A stretch of DNA of 64,000 nt from an uncultured Comamonadaceae bacterium (GCA_965650725.1 CBFGPX010000001.1:18665-82664); one strand, 5' to 3'. Positions 39,676 through 49,798 are shown, numbered from the stretch's first letter. Numbers and translations are program-made. The notes: a model not told the origin generated them from the sequence alone.

Positions 39676-41223
39676 TCAGGCCGCGTCGGGCACCGGCTCG
39701 GCGGCAATGACTTCGAGCACGCTGCGCTCGTCCAGCTCGCCGCGGCGGTACTCGCCGGCGGCGCGGCGGTCGCGCAGCACCAGCACGCGGTCGCTGCAGT
39801 GCAGCACCTCGGGCAGCTCGGAGGAGATGAAGACGACGGCCATGCCGGCCTTGCCGTCTTCGGCATGGGCCAGCGCACGCACCTGGTCCATCAGGTCTTC
39901 CTTGGCGCGCACATCGATGCCGCGTGTGGGCTCGTCCAGGATCAGCACGTCCGGCTGCGTGGCCAGCCAGCGCGCGAGCAGCGCCTTCTGCTGGTTGCCG
40001 CCCGACAGTTGCCCGATGGGCGTGTCGGCGCTGGACGTCTTGATGCCCAGCTTGCGGATGTAGTCGTCGGCCAGCGCCTGCTGCTGCTCGTGGCTCATGC
40101 ACAGCCGCAGGCCGGTGCGGGCCTGCAGCGCCAGCAGGATGTTGTCGCGCACGGACAGATCCAGGATCGCGCCCTCGTGCTTGCGGTCCTCGGAGCAGAA
40201 GGCGATGCCAGCGGCGATGGCTTCGCGCGGCGAATGCCAGGCGCCCTTGCGGCCTTTGCGTGCGGCCATGTCCACGTGGCCCGCGTCGGCCGCGTCGGCC
40301 CCGAACAGCAGCCGCGCGGCCTCGGTGCGGCCCGAGCCCAGCAAGCCCGCCAGGCCCAGCACCTCGCCGCGGTGCAGCGTCAGGTCCAGCGGCTGCACGG
40401 CGCCGCGGCGGGCCAGGCCTTCGGTCTTCAACACGACCTCGCTGCTGCCGACGGCGCTGCTGTCCAGCCGTGTGGGCTGCTGGTCGGGCGGAGCGCCGAC
40501 CATCTTGTTGACCAGCGCCAGGCGGCCCAGGTCGGCGGCCAGGTACTCGCCCTCGGTCTCGCCGTTGCGCATCACGGTGATGCGGTCGGCCAGCGCATAG
40601 GTCTGGTCCAGGAAGTGAGTGACGAACAGGATGGCCAGGCCCTGGTCGCGCAGGCGGCGCAGCACGGTGAAGAGGCGCTGCACGGCGGCGTCGTCCAGGC
40701 TGGACGTGGGCTCGTCGAGGATGAGCACGCGGGCCGAGATGCGCAGCGCGCGGGCGATGGCGACCATCTGCTGCACGGACAGCGAGTAGCGGGACAGCGG
40801 CGCGGTGACGTCGATGTCCAGGTCCATCTGCTTCAGCACACGTTCGGCTTCGGCGTTGACGGCACTCCAGTCGATGCGACCCCACTTGCGGGGGAAGCGC
40901 CCGGCACAGATGTTCTCCGCCACGCTGAGGTTGGGGCAGAGGTTGACCTCCTGGTAGACCGTGCGGATGCCGAGGTCTTGTGCGTCTTCCGTCCGCTTCG
41001 GCGCGATGGTGTTGCCGTCGAGCGTGATGACGCCGGCGTCGGGCTGGTAGAGGCCCGTCAGCACCTTGATCAGCGTGGACTTGCCGGCGCCGTTCTGGCC
41101 CATCAGCGCATGAACCTCGCCGGGGAACAGGCGCAGGCTCACGTCGCTGAGCGCCTTCACGCCGGGGAAGCCCTTGTGGATGCCGGAGAGCTCCAGCACG
41201 GGCAGGGTTTTGTCGAGGTTCAT
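39676..41223 (-). CDS. ytfR: sugar ABC transporter ATP-binding protein (two ATPase domains)
   Basis: GQNGAGKST, LDEPTSSL, LSGGNQQK, DEPTRGID. Confidence 0.9.
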   Translation of the reverse strand: MNLDKTLPVLELSGIHKGFPGVKALSDVSLRLFPGEVHALMGQNGAGKSTLIKVLTGLYQPDAGVITLDGNTIAPKRTEDAQDLGIRTVYQEVNLCPNLSVAENICAGRFPRKWGRIDWSAVNAEAERVLKQMDLDIDVTAPLSRYSLSVQQMVAIARALRISARVLILDEPTSSLDDAAVQRLFTVLRRLRDQGLAILFVTHFLDQTYALADRITVMRNGETEGEYLAADLGRLALVNKMVGAPPDQQPTRLDSSAVGSSEVVLKTEGLARRGAVQPLDLTLHRGEVLGLAGLLGSGRTEAARLLFGADAADAGHVDMAARKGRKGAWHSPREAIAAGIAFCSEDRKHEGAILDLSVRDNILLALQARTGLRLCMSHEQQQALADDYIRKLGIKTSSADTPIGQLSGGNQQKALLARWLATQPDVLILDEPTRGIDVRAKEDLMDQVRALAHAEDGKAGMAVVFISSELPEVLHCSDRVLVLRDRRAAGEYRRGELDERSVLEVIAAEPVPDAA

Positions 41224-41308
41224 GGCAATGGGCTCACCCTCGGCGACTACGGTGCCGAGGCCTGCGGAGGGTGGCGGACAGGGCTTGGCCCCCGTCCACC
41301 GGCCCGCC

Positions 41309-42268
41309 TTAGTACTTCCGGTTCGGCAGTTCCTTGGCGGCCACCTCGGCCGGGAACACGCCCTCGATGACGGTGATGCGCTTTTCCACCGGCTTCTTGG
41401 CCACCACGTCCTTGGCCAGCTGCATCAGCTGCGGGCCCAGCAGCGGGTTGCACTCGACGGTGACGTTGAGCTTGCCGGCCTTCATCGCCTCGAACGCGCC
41501 GCGCACGCCGTCGATGGAGATGATGACGATGTCCTTGCCCGGCTTCAGACCGGCTTCCTCGATGGCCTGGATCGCGCCGATGGCCATGTCGTCGTTGTGC
41601 GCGTACAGCACGTCGATCTTCTTGTCGCGCTGCTTCAGGAAGGACTCCATCACCTCCTTGCCCTTGGCGCGCGTGAACTCGCCGGACTGCGAACGGATGA
41701 TCTGCAGCTTGGGGTTGGTCTTGATGACTTCCTCGAAGCCCTTCTTGCGGTCAATGGCCGGGGCCGAGCCCACGGTGCCCTGCAGCTCGACGATGTTCAG
41801 CGCCGCGTTCGGCGTCTTGGCGGCACGCTCCAGCAGCCAGCGCGCGGCCTTGCGGCCTTCCTCGACGAAGTCGGAGCCGATGAAGGTCACGTACAGCGAC
41901 GGGTCGGCCACCTTGACGGCACGGTCGGTCAGGATGACCGGGATGCCGGCCTTCTGGGCTTCCTTCAGCACCGTGTCCCAGCCGCTCTCGACGACTGGCG
42001 AGAAGGCGATGACGTCGACCTTCTGCGCGATGAAGCTGCGGATGGCCTTGACCTGGTTTTCCTGCTTCTGCTGCGCGTCGGCGAACTTCAGCGTGATGCC
42101 GGCCTCCTTGGCAGCCGACTTGATGGAGGCGGTGTTGGCGGTGCGCCATTCGCTCTCGGCACCGACCTGCGAGAAGCCCATGACCAGGGGCGCGGCCAAC
42201 GCGCCGAAGGCGGGCAGGACGAGTGCGGCGGCGAGCAGCGCACGGCGCGCAACGAGCTTGTGATTCAT
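41309..42268 (-). CDS. ytfQ: galactofuranose/arabinose-type ABC substrate-binding protein
   Basis: GFSQVGAESEWRTANT, DAQQKQENQVKAIRSFIAQ, AHNDDMAIGAIQAI, VECNP. Confidence 0.88.
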   Translation of the reverse strand: MNHKLVARRALLAAALVLPAFGALAAPLVMGFSQVGAESEWRTANTASIKSAAKEAGITLKFADAQQKQENQVKAIRSFIAQKVDVIAFSPVVESGWDTVLKEAQKAGIPVILTDRAVKVADPSLYVTFIGSDFVEEGRKAARWLLERAAKTPNAALNIVELQGTVGSAPAIDRKKGFEEVIKTNPKLQIIRSQSGEFTRAKGKEVMESFLKQRDKKIDVLYAHNDDMAIGAIQAIEEAGLKPGKDIVIISIDGVRGAFEAMKAGKLNVTVECNPLLGPQLMQLAKDVVAKKPVEKRITVIEGVFPAEVAAKELPNRKY

Positions 42269-42293
42269 TTGGTTGTCTCCTTCGGGTGTGCGG

Positions 42294-42360
42294 ATGCTAG
42301 AAAGCGGGGTGATGCTCGACCAATGAGATTTTTTGCGCAATAGATATCAGTTTCGAGATG
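42294..42360 (-). promoter_or_regulatory. conserved activated promoter (candidate LysR regulon) of ytfQ
   Basis: -10 TAGCAT (42299-42294); CAATGAGATT at 42321; GATATCAGTTTCGAGATG at 42343-42360. Confidence 0.7.
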
Positions 42361-42377
42361 TCTGACGGCGGGGGCGC

Positions 42378-43997
42378 TCAGGCGATGCGCAGCACATAGG
42401 CCGGCAGCGCCGCGACCCCGCCGGCCGGCAGCTGCACCTCCAGGCCGTCGTCCCGCTGCTGGAAGCGCAGCGCCTGGGCGCCGCCCAGCAGGTCGACGCG
42501 CTGCACCGGCCGGTGCCGGCCGCGCGCCAGGCTGCGGATCAGCGCCCGGTCGCCGTCCGGCGCCGCAAAGCCGCTGGCAAAGACGAGGTCACCGCGTGCG
42601 GTGAAGCGGAAGTCGGCGGCGCCCAGCGGCGCGCCCTTGCCTTCGTTGAAGCCCTGGGCCGTCAACGGGGCCTGCTTGTCCATCGCGGGGCCCTCGCCGA
42701 ACACGCGCCAGGGGCGGGTGCCGTAGATGCTCTCGCCGTGCCTCTGCATCCAGACGCCGATGGCCTCGACCACGCGCCGCTCGACCGCGTCGATGCTGCC
42801 GTCGCCCTTGACCGGCACGTTCAGCAGCAGGTTGCCGTTCTTGCTGACCACGTCGATCAGCATGCGGATGACCGTCTCGGCGGACTTGTACTGGCCGCGC
42901 TCCAGCACGCGCCTGTCATAGTGCCAGGCGCCCAGGCAGGTGTCGGTCTGCCAGGGCAGCGGCTCGATGCCCTGCGCCTGACCGCGCTCGATGTCCCACA
43001 CCATGGCGCGGCGCTGCTGCTCGTCCAGGATCTTGCCGAACAGCACGGCCTGGGTGCGGCCGGTCTTGTCGAGGTGCTGGTTGTAGAGGTGGGCGGCGAT
43101 GTCCAGGCCCACCGGGCTGACGGGCCACAGCGGCAGCGCGGTGTCGTCGAAATAGACCAGCTCGGGGCGGTGCTGGTCCAGCAGGTCCAGCGTGCGGGCC
43201 AGGAAGTTTCGGCAGTAGGCCTCGCTGGGCCGGCTGGCGCCCTCGCCCCAGTCCCATTGGCGGTGGATGGCCTTGGGGTCGTGGGCGTCGGCGCTGGGGG
43301 CATGGTCCTGCGCATACAGCTGCTGCGGGTCCAGGCCGTCCCACCACTGGCCGCGGCCGTCTTCCTTGCGCAGGCGGCCGTCGTAGGGCACGCCGGCCAG
43401 CGGACCTTGGGTGTCGGCGCGCTGGGCCGGTTCGTACCAGGTCCAGGCGTGCGCCGCGTGCACGCTGACGCCCAGCGGCAGGCCCTGGGCGCGGGCGGCG
43501 GCGGCCCAGCGCTTGATGATGTCCTGCTTCGGTCCGATGCGCGTCGAGTTCCACGCATGGTGGCGGCTGGCGAACAGGTCGAAGTTGTCGTGGTGGTTGG
43601 CCATCGCCATGAAGTAGCGCGCGCCGGCCTGCTTGTAGAGCCCCAGCAGCTCCTCGGGCTCCCAGCGCTCGGCCTTCCAGTCGCGGATGACCTCCTTGAA
43701 GCCATAGACCGACGGGTGGCCGTAGGTGGCGACGTGGTGGCGGTTCTTGGCGCTGCCCTCGATGTACATCTCGCGCGCGTACCAGTCGCCAAACTCGGGC
43801 TGGCACTGCGGTCCCCAGTGCGCCCAGATGCCGAACTTGGCGTCACGGAACCAGTCGGGGGTCTGGTAGGTCGTCAGCGAATCCCAGCTCGGCCGGAAGG
43901 CGCCGCGCGGGGCCGCGGGCGCCGTTTGGGCCCAGGCCGGCAGCGCCGCCGCGGGCATGAGGGCGGACAACTGCTGCAGGACTTGTCTTCTCTTCAT
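42378..43997 (-). CDS. GH29 alpha-L-fucosidase family protein, Tat-type signal
   Basis: MKRRQVL signal; PDWFRDAKFGIWAHWG, NHHDNF, VSKNGNLLLNV, IYGTRPW. Confidence 0.88.
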   Translation of the reverse strand: MKRRQVLQQLSALMPAAALPAWAQTAPAAPRGAFRPSWDSLTTYQTPDWFRDAKFGIWAHWGPQCQPEFGDWYAREMYIEGSAKNRHHVATYGHPSVYGFKEVIRDWKAERWEPEELLGLYKQAGARYFMAMANHHDNFDLFASRHHAWNSTRIGPKQDIIKRWAAAARAQGLPLGVSVHAAHAWTWYEPAQRADTQGPLAGVPYDGRLRKEDGRGQWWDGLDPQQLYAQDHAPSADAHDPKAIHRQWDWGEGASRPSEAYCRNFLARTLDLLDQHRPELVYFDDTALPLWPVSPVGLDIAAHLYNQHLDKTGRTQAVLFGKILDEQQRRAMVWDIERGQAQGIEPLPWQTDTCLGAWHYDRRVLERGQYKSAETVIRMLIDVVSKNGNLLLNVPVKGDGSIDAVERRVVEAIGVWMQRHGESIYGTRPWRVFGEGPAMDKQAPLTAQGFNEGKGAPLGAADFRFTARGDLVFASGFAAPDGDRALIRSLARGRHRPVQRVDLLGGAQALRFQQRDDGLEVQLPAGGVAALPAYVLRIA

Positions 43998-44016
43998 GCG
44001 GACCCCGGGGTTGGAT

Positions 44017-46371
44017 TCAGCGCAGCAGCCGCAGGCCGTACAGGCCACCGGCCACGCTGCCCGGCTTGGCCACGAACTTCACGCTGAGCTTGCCGCCGGC
44101 AGCGCGCACCAGGTCCTGCGGCAGCTCGAAGTCGCGCGTGTAGATGGCTTCCTGGCCGGCGTCGGACGCCAGCTCGATGTCGGCGACCGGCTGGCCGTTG
44201 ACGAGCAGCTCGAAGCGGCGGCCGTTGTCGCGCGTGGAGAAGCTCAGGCGCAGCACGCGGGCCTCGGATTTCGCGTCGTTCAGCTCGTAGCTGAACCACT
44301 TGCGCGCGTGCCGCCAGCGGCCGGCCGGTGCGATGCCGCTCTCGGCGCCATCACCCTTGAAGAAGTGGTCGGACTCAGGCTGCTGCTCGCCGGGTGCCAC
44401 CTGGTCGATGGTGATGGCATCCAGCGCCAGCCGGGCCTGCTCGGACTGGGCCAGCTCGGCGCGCATCAGGCTCTGCTGGGCGGGCGTGGAGCGGCCCCAA
44501 TAGAGCATGTAGCGCGAGTCATGCAGGCGGAAGAAGGGGATGAGCTGCAGCTTCTCTTCACCCTTGGCGCCCTGGATCAGCCCCGGCGCCGTGAAGGTCA
44601 GCGGCTGACCCGGCACGGGCTTGAAGCGGCGGATGAAGTCATCCTTGTCGCTGACGAACACCGGCGCAGCCTCCTGCGGGCACACGGCGCCGTGCGCGAT
44701 ATGGCCCATGCGGGACGCGTCGGCGCGGAAGTTCAGCGTCTCGCCCGGCTGCGGCGTCTTGGCCGCCAGCACGATGGGGCCGTGCAGCACGGCGACAAAC
44801 TTCTTCAGGCCGTGCAGCGGCTCCAGCGTCGTGCGCATGGGCAGTTCCACATCGACGGTGTCGCCGGTCTTCCACGCGCGCTTCAGTTCCACGAAGCCAC
44901 CGGGCCGGGCCTTCACCTTGACCGGCTTGCCGTTGAGCTTCACTTTCAGCGCGCCGGGCGCCACCCAGCCGGGATAGCGGACCTTCAGCGCGAACATGCC
45001 GGCGCCGTCCACCGTCAGCCGCGTGCGCGACTCGTCGGGGAAGCGGGTGGATTGCGTGAGCTTGATGCCGCGCTCGCGCCAGTCCAGCGTGGAGGCGATG
45101 AACAAATTCACCTGCAGCGCATCGCCGTCGTGCGCATAGATGAACTCGCCATGGCGAGCATGGCTCTCGATGCCGGAGCCCACGCAGCACCACATGCCGT
45201 CGTGCACCTGCGAGTAGACGCGGTAGTGCTGCGGCCGCATCGGCGTGAAGTAGACGAAGCCGCCCTGCGGGTGCTGGGACGCGAGGATGTGGTTGTAGAG
45301 CGTGCGCTCGTAGTAGTCGGCGTAGGCGCCCACCTGCGGCGACGCCTGGGCCAGCAGCGCCGTCAGCTTCAGCATGTTGTAGCTGTTGCAGGTCTCCGGG
45401 CCTTCCACCTCGTTCAGCATGGGCTTGAAGTCGGTGTCGGGGTGGAAGTGCTCCTTCACGCTGTTGCCGCCGATGGCGACGGAGCGCTTGTCCACCACCG
45501 TGCGCCAGAAGAACTCGGCCGCCTGGCGGCCCTCGTCCTCGCCGGTGAGCTGAGCGATGCGCGCGAAGCCGATGACCTTGGGGATCTGCGTGTTGGCGTG
45601 CAGGCCGGTTAGCTTGTCCTGGCCGCTGGCCAGCGGCTGCAGGATGGCCTGGTGCGAGAAGCGCCGCGCCAGCGCCAGGTAGCGCAGGTCGCCGGTCATC
45701 TGCGACACGTCGGCCAGCACCTCGTTCATGCCACCGTGCTCGGCACGCAGCATGTCCTGCATCTGCGCGTCGGACAGCGGCGTGGTCAGCCGCAGCGCCC
45801 AGTCGGACAGCTTGACCAGCATGGCCTTGGCATCGGCATTGCCGGTGTAGACCCAGGCATCGCGCAGGCCCGCGAAGACCTTGTGGATGTTGTACCAGGG
45901 CACCCAGCGGCCGTTGACCGAGAAGCTGTCCACCTTGAGCCGGCCCGCCGCGACGTCGGCCCAGGCCTTGGCGCCGTCGGGCACGCCGCCGATGTAGCCG
46001 GTGCCCAAAGCGTCCTGGCAGCGCTTCAGCTCGGCGATGGCGTAGTCCAGCTTCTGCCGGGCCTGCGCATCACCGGTGGACGCCACCATCAGCGCCAGCG
46101 CCGACAGGTAGTGGCCGCCCATGTGACCGTCCAGGCCCGTGGACTCCCAGTTGCCGTAGGTGGGCGACTTGGCCGGCAGACCGGCTTCGCGCAGGAAGGG
46201 CGCGAGCAGCTTGTCGGCGTCCAACGCCATCAGGTAGTTCAGGTCCGTGTCCTGCGCGGCCTTGAACGGGCCATCCAGCAGGCGCACGCGCTCCAACGCA
46301 AACAGCTGCGTCGCCGCGCCGGCGCTGTGGGCACAGACCACGAGGGCCAGCGAGGCAAGCAGCTTTCTCAC
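44017..46371 (-). CDS. GH127/GH146 beta-L-arabinofuranosidase, secreted
   Basis: Signal peptide; GHMGGHYLSA, EHGGMNE, HANTQIPK, ETCNSYNM, WCCVGSG (Zn-Cys site). Confidence 0.88.
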   Translation of the reverse strand: MRKLLASLALVVCAHSAGAATQLFALERVRLLDGPFKAAQDTDLNYLMALDADKLLAPFLREAGLPAKSPTYGNWESTGLDGHMGGHYLSALALMVASTGDAQARQKLDYAIAELKRCQDALGTGYIGGVPDGAKAWADVAAGRLKVDSFSVNGRWVPWYNIHKVFAGLRDAWVYTGNADAKAMLVKLSDWALRLTTPLSDAQMQDMLRAEHGGMNEVLADVSQMTGDLRYLALARRFSHQAILQPLASGQDKLTGLHANTQIPKVIGFARIAQLTGEDEGRQAAEFFWRTVVDKRSVAIGGNSVKEHFHPDTDFKPMLNEVEGPETCNSYNMLKLTALLAQASPQVGAYADYYERTLYNHILASQHPQGGFVYFTPMRPQHYRVYSQVHDGMWCCVGSGIESHARHGEFIYAHDGDALQVNLFIASTLDWRERGIKLTQSTRFPDESRTRLTVDGAGMFALKVRYPGWVAPGALKVKLNGKPVKVKARPGGFVELKRAWKTGDTVDVELPMRTTLEPLHGLKKFVAVLHGPIVLAAKTPQPGETLNFRADASRMGHIAHGAVCPQEAAPVFVSDKDDFIRRFKPVPGQPLTFTAPGLIQGAKGEEKLQLIPFFRLHDSRYMLYWGRSTPAQQSLMRAELAQSEQARLALDAITIDQVAPGEQQPESDHFFKGDGAESGIAPAGRWRHARKWFSYELNDAKSEARVLRLSFSTRDNGRRFELLVNGQPVADIELASDAGQEAIYTRDFELPQDLVRAAGGKLSVKFVAKPGSVAGGLYGLRLLR

Positions 46372-46372
46372 A

Positions 46373-47905
46373 TCAAGCTCCGGTGCGGATGGCCCACAGC
46401 GACACGCCGCCGGCAGACAGGGCGGACAAGCTCACGACGAAAGCACTCGCGTTGGTATTCCACTGCCGGGACAGTACGCCCGAATAGGTCACGCCGCCGC
46501 TCACCACGCTGAGTTTGTTGCCGCCCTTGTGTGTCCAGGTGCCGGTCATGCCACCGGTCACCGAACCGTCCGCGTTCAGCGTCACGTTGATGGACGCCTT
46601 GGGCGCGGCGGCGATGTCCTTGCCGTGGTTGACCAGCTTGTACGCGCCGGCCGCCTGCGTGGCGCTGACGTCGGCCGTCTGCGCCGGCGTGGCCAGGCTC
46701 AGCGGCGCATAACGCAGCGGCGCGATGACCGGCCAGCCGTCCTCGTTGATGTGCATCTCGTGCGTGCGGATCTCGTGCGCCTCGCCGGTGCCGGGGAAGC
46801 GCGTGTGGAAGATCATGAAGTACTGCTTGGTCGCCGTGTCGTAGCAGGCCGAGTTGTGGCCGGGCGAGATGTAGCCCAGCGCAGTGCCGGTCTCGCCGGT
46901 GGCGTTGGCGAACTGGTGCGCGCCCATCAGCTTCATGCCGTGCGGCGTGATGCTGGCGTCGTCGAACACCGTGCCGGTCGCGCCCTTGACGGTGGACATG
47001 TCCTTGCCGGCGCCGTCCACATAGGGGCCGTCGGGGTTGCGCGAGCGCGCCACGCGCACGTTGTAGCCGCCGTCCGTGCCGGCGCCCAGGCCGCCGAACG
47101 AGACGAACAGGTAGTAGTACTGCGACTCGGGGCTGTACAGGATGTAGGCGCCCTCGATGCGCGCATGGTTGCCGCCCATCAGGTGCTTGCCATACCCCTG
47201 GCCGGCCAGCGGCACGCCCGTCGTCGCGTTGAGCTGCAGGATGAAGATACCGCCCGAGTACGAGCCGTAGACCATCCACAGCCTGCCCGTCGCGTCGGCG
47301 AACACGGCCGGGTCCACCGCGTTGGGATGCTTGGTGGCGTCGTAGACGCTGCCGTCTTCGCTGGGCAGGCCCCACATGCCGGACTTCAGCAGGATCTGCT
47401 TGTTGACGTAGGGGCCGTCCACCTTGTCGGCCACGGCGATGCCCAGCGCCGAGCGCGGCGAGTCGCCCTTGCAGGCGCAGTAGTACATGTAGAACTTGCC
47501 GTCCGCGAGCCTGGTCACGTCGGGCGCCCACAGCGTCGTCGTCTCGGCCCAGGCCAGCGTCTCGGCCAGCTCGGTGGTCACCTTGTTGCCGAAGATGGGA
47601 TTGGCGTTGTTGACGCCGTCGCCGATCTTGGTCCAGTTCATCAGGTCGGGCGTCTTGGCCGCGGCCAGGTGGGAGCCGAACACGTAGAACTGGCCGTCGG
47701 CCTTGATGACGGAGGGGTCATGCACCGACGCATTGGCGAAGTTGACCGGCGCCTGCGACGGAGCGGGCGCTGGGGCAGGAGCTGGCGCCGGGGCAGGGGC
47801 CGGGCTGGGCGAAGGTGCGGGGCTGCTGCCGCCGCCGCCGCCGCAGGCGCTCAGGGCGAGCGCGGCCGAGCCGGCGAGGAAGTCGCGGCGCTTGTGAATG
47901 GCCAT
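46373..47905 (-). CDS. GH43 endo-arabinanase, Tat-exported lipoprotein with Pro/Ala linker
   Basis: KRRDFL Tat motif, lipobox LSAC, (PA)n linker, SVHDPS, WAPD, NAVDP, YGSYSGG, IEG, PGHNS; C-terminal beta domain. Confidence 0.88.
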   Translation of the reverse strand: MAIHKRRDFLAGSAALALSACGGGGGSSPAPSPSPAPAPAPAPAPAPAPSQAPVNFANASVHDPSVIKADGQFYVFGSHLAAAKTPDLMNWTKIGDGVNNANPIFGNKVTTELAETLAWAETTTLWAPDVTRLADGKFYMYYCACKGDSPRSALGIAVADKVDGPYVNKQILLKSGMWGLPSEDGSVYDATKHPNAVDPAVFADATGRLWMVYGSYSGGIFILQLNATTGVPLAGQGYGKHLMGGNHARIEGAYILYSPESQYYYLFVSFGGLGAGTDGGYNVRVARSRNPDGPYVDGAGKDMSTVKGATGTVFDDASITPHGMKLMGAHQFANATGETGTALGYISPGHNSACYDTATKQYFMIFHTRFPGTGEAHEIRTHEMHINEDGWPVIAPLRYAPLSLATPAQTADVSATQAAGAYKLVNHGKDIAAAPKASINVTLNADGSVTGGMTGTWTHKGGNKLSVVSGGVTYSGVLSRQWNTNASAFVVSLSALSAGGVSLWAIRTGA

Positions 47906-47941
47906 GGGGATGTCTCCGGGTCTGTGTGTTCTGGCGGGCGC

Positions 47942-48008
47942 AGCCTAGGGGCCATGGCCGCGGCGCACCAATGACATTGCAGGCGCGGTTGATCCCGGTT
48001 TTGATATG
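47942..48008 (-). promoter_or_regulatory. conserved activated promoter (candidate LysR regulon) of the arabinanase operon
   Basis: -10 TAGGCT (47947-47942); CAATGACATT at 47969; GATCCCGGTTTTGATATG at 47991-48008. Confidence 0.6.
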
Positions 48009-48106
48009 CCGCGTGCGGATCACGCGCGCAGCGCAAGGCCTGGGCGAGCAGCATGGCGGGCCCAGGCCTGGTCAGGTCGGCAAAAGGCGCCTGCCGTGCG
48101 GGGCGA

Positions 48107-49645
48107 TCAGCCCTCGACGGCCACGACGACGATGGACTTGGCCGGCAGCTTGATCGTCAGCTTGCCGTTGACCGACTGCGCCTCGAAGGCGGTCGGCACC
48201 ACCTGCGGCGCCTTGCCCAGCTCGTTCTGCGCATCCATCGCACCGGCGGTCAGCAGCTGGCCCTTGACGGCCTTGGGAGCGTTCGCGCCCAGCTGCAGGT
48301 CCAGCTCGGCGGCCTGCGTGGCGTTGGCGTTCACCAGGCCCACCCAGACCTTGCCGTCCTTGCCGCGGCCGGCCGTGACGCTCAGGCCCGGCATCTCGAA
48401 CTTGTCGACCTTGTAGGTCGGGTTGTTCTCGACCTTGACAGGCAGCGAGGTCGCGTCCTGGAAGGGGATGTAGAGCTTGAACGCGTGGTAGGTCGGCGTC
48501 AGCACCAGCTTGTCCTTGCTGGTGAGGATCATGGCCTGCAGCACGTTGACCATCTGGGCCACGTTGCTCATCTGCACGCGCTCGGCGTGGCTGTGGAACA
48601 CGTTGAAGTGCAGGGCGGCCAGCAGCGCGTCACGCAGCGTGTTGCGCTGGACAAGGAAGCCGGGGTTGCTGCCGGGCTCGGGGTCGTACCAGCTGCCCCA
48701 CTCGTCGAAATACAGCGCGATCTTCTTCTGCGGGTCGTTCTTGTCGAGGATGACCTTGCTCGCGGCCAGCACGTCGTCGATCTTCTTGACCTGCGACAGC
48801 ATGGAGATCCATTCGCTCTCCGGGAAGCCAGCCGCCGCGCCCTTGGTTTCCCACTTGCCGCTGGGGAAGGTGTAGGCGTGGTGGGCGATCGCGTCGATGT
48901 TGTGCTTGACCTGCTTGCTCAGCACGTCGGTCCACGTCGTGTCGCGGTCGTTGCCGCCGCTGGCAATGAACTTGGGACGGTTGTGCGCCGGGGTCTTCAG
49001 GAAGGTGGCCCAGTGGCGGTACAGGTCGGCGTAGTACTCGGGCCGCATGTTGCCGCCGCAGCCCCAGGTCTCGTTGCCCAGCGCGTAGTAGTGGACGCGG
49101 AAGGGCTTGTCGCGGCCGTTCTTGCGGCGCTGCTCGACGATGGTGGCATTGCCCTCGCCGGTCATGTATTCCAGCCATTCGGCCGCTTCCTGCGGCGAGC
49201 CGGTGCCCATGTTGGCGTTCACGTAGGCCTCGGCGCCCAGCTGCTCGACCAGGTCGAAGAACTCGTGCGTGCCGACGGCGTTGTTCTCGGGCACGCCACC
49301 CCAGTGGGTGTTGACCTTGACCGGGCGCTTGTTGCGCGGGCCGATGCCGTCGCGCCAGTGGTATTCGTCGGCGAAGCAGCCGCCGGGCCAACGCACCAGC
49401 GGCACCTTCAGGTCCTTCAGTGCCGCGACGACGTCCTTGCGCCAGCCACGCACGTTGGGGATCTTGGACTCGGGGCCCACCCACATGCCTTCGTAGATGC
49501 CGGTGCCGAGATGCTCGGCGAACTGGCCATAGATGTTGCGGTGGATGACCGGGCCGGGCTGGTCGGCGCTGACGACGACCTTGATGTCGGCGGCCTGGGC
49601 GGCCAGGGCCAGCATCGCCGTCACGGCGAGCAGTTGCTTCTTCAT
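48107..49645 (-). CDS. GH51 alpha-L-arabinofuranosidase, secreted
   Basis: Signal peptide MKKQLL; YGQFAEHLG, RWPGGCFAD, LGNETWGCGG, FDEWG. Confidence 0.92.
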   Translation of the reverse strand: MKKQLLAVTAMLALAAQAADIKVVVSADQPGPVIHRNIYGQFAEHLGTGIYEGMWVGPESKIPNVRGWRKDVVAALKDLKVPLVRWPGGCFADEYHWRDGIGPRNKRPVKVNTHWGGVPENNAVGTHEFFDLVEQLGAEAYVNANMGTGSPQEAAEWLEYMTGEGNATIVEQRRKNGRDKPFRVHYYALGNETWGCGGNMRPEYYADLYRHWATFLKTPAHNRPKFIASGGNDRDTTWTDVLSKQVKHNIDAIAHHAYTFPSGKWETKGAAAGFPESEWISMLSQVKKIDDVLAASKVILDKNDPQKKIALYFDEWGSWYDPEPGSNPGFLVQRNTLRDALLAALHFNVFHSHAERVQMSNVAQMVNVLQAMILTSKDKLVLTPTYHAFKLYIPFQDATSLPVKVENNPTYKVDKFEMPGLSVTAGRGKDGKVWVGLVNANATQAAELDLQLGANAPKAVKGQLLTAGAMDAQNELGKAPQVVPTAFEAQSVNGKLTIKLPAKSIVVVAVEG

Positions 49646-49691
49646 CGACTTGTCTCCTAGGTTGTTGATCTGGCCTCTTCGGGCCGAGCGC

Positions 49692-49796
49692 CGGGCCGCC
49701 CCAAGCCGGCCCGTCTGGCGATGTGCAGGCCGGTCAATCCGGCCTGCATCGCCGTCCCCTCGGGGGACCGGCCAAGGCAAAGCCTTGGACGAGGGG
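49692..49796. repeat. short palindromic intergenic repeat (family B), copy 2, with inserted hairpin
   Basis: Matches 3619-3683 with an extra TGCAGGCCGG-tcaat-CCGGCCTGCA stem. Confidence 0.6.
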
Positions 49797-49798
49797 TA

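Noticed and set aside
48081-48106. Terminator after the secreted GH51
   Set aside because: Short imperfect stem and only T4; too weak to call
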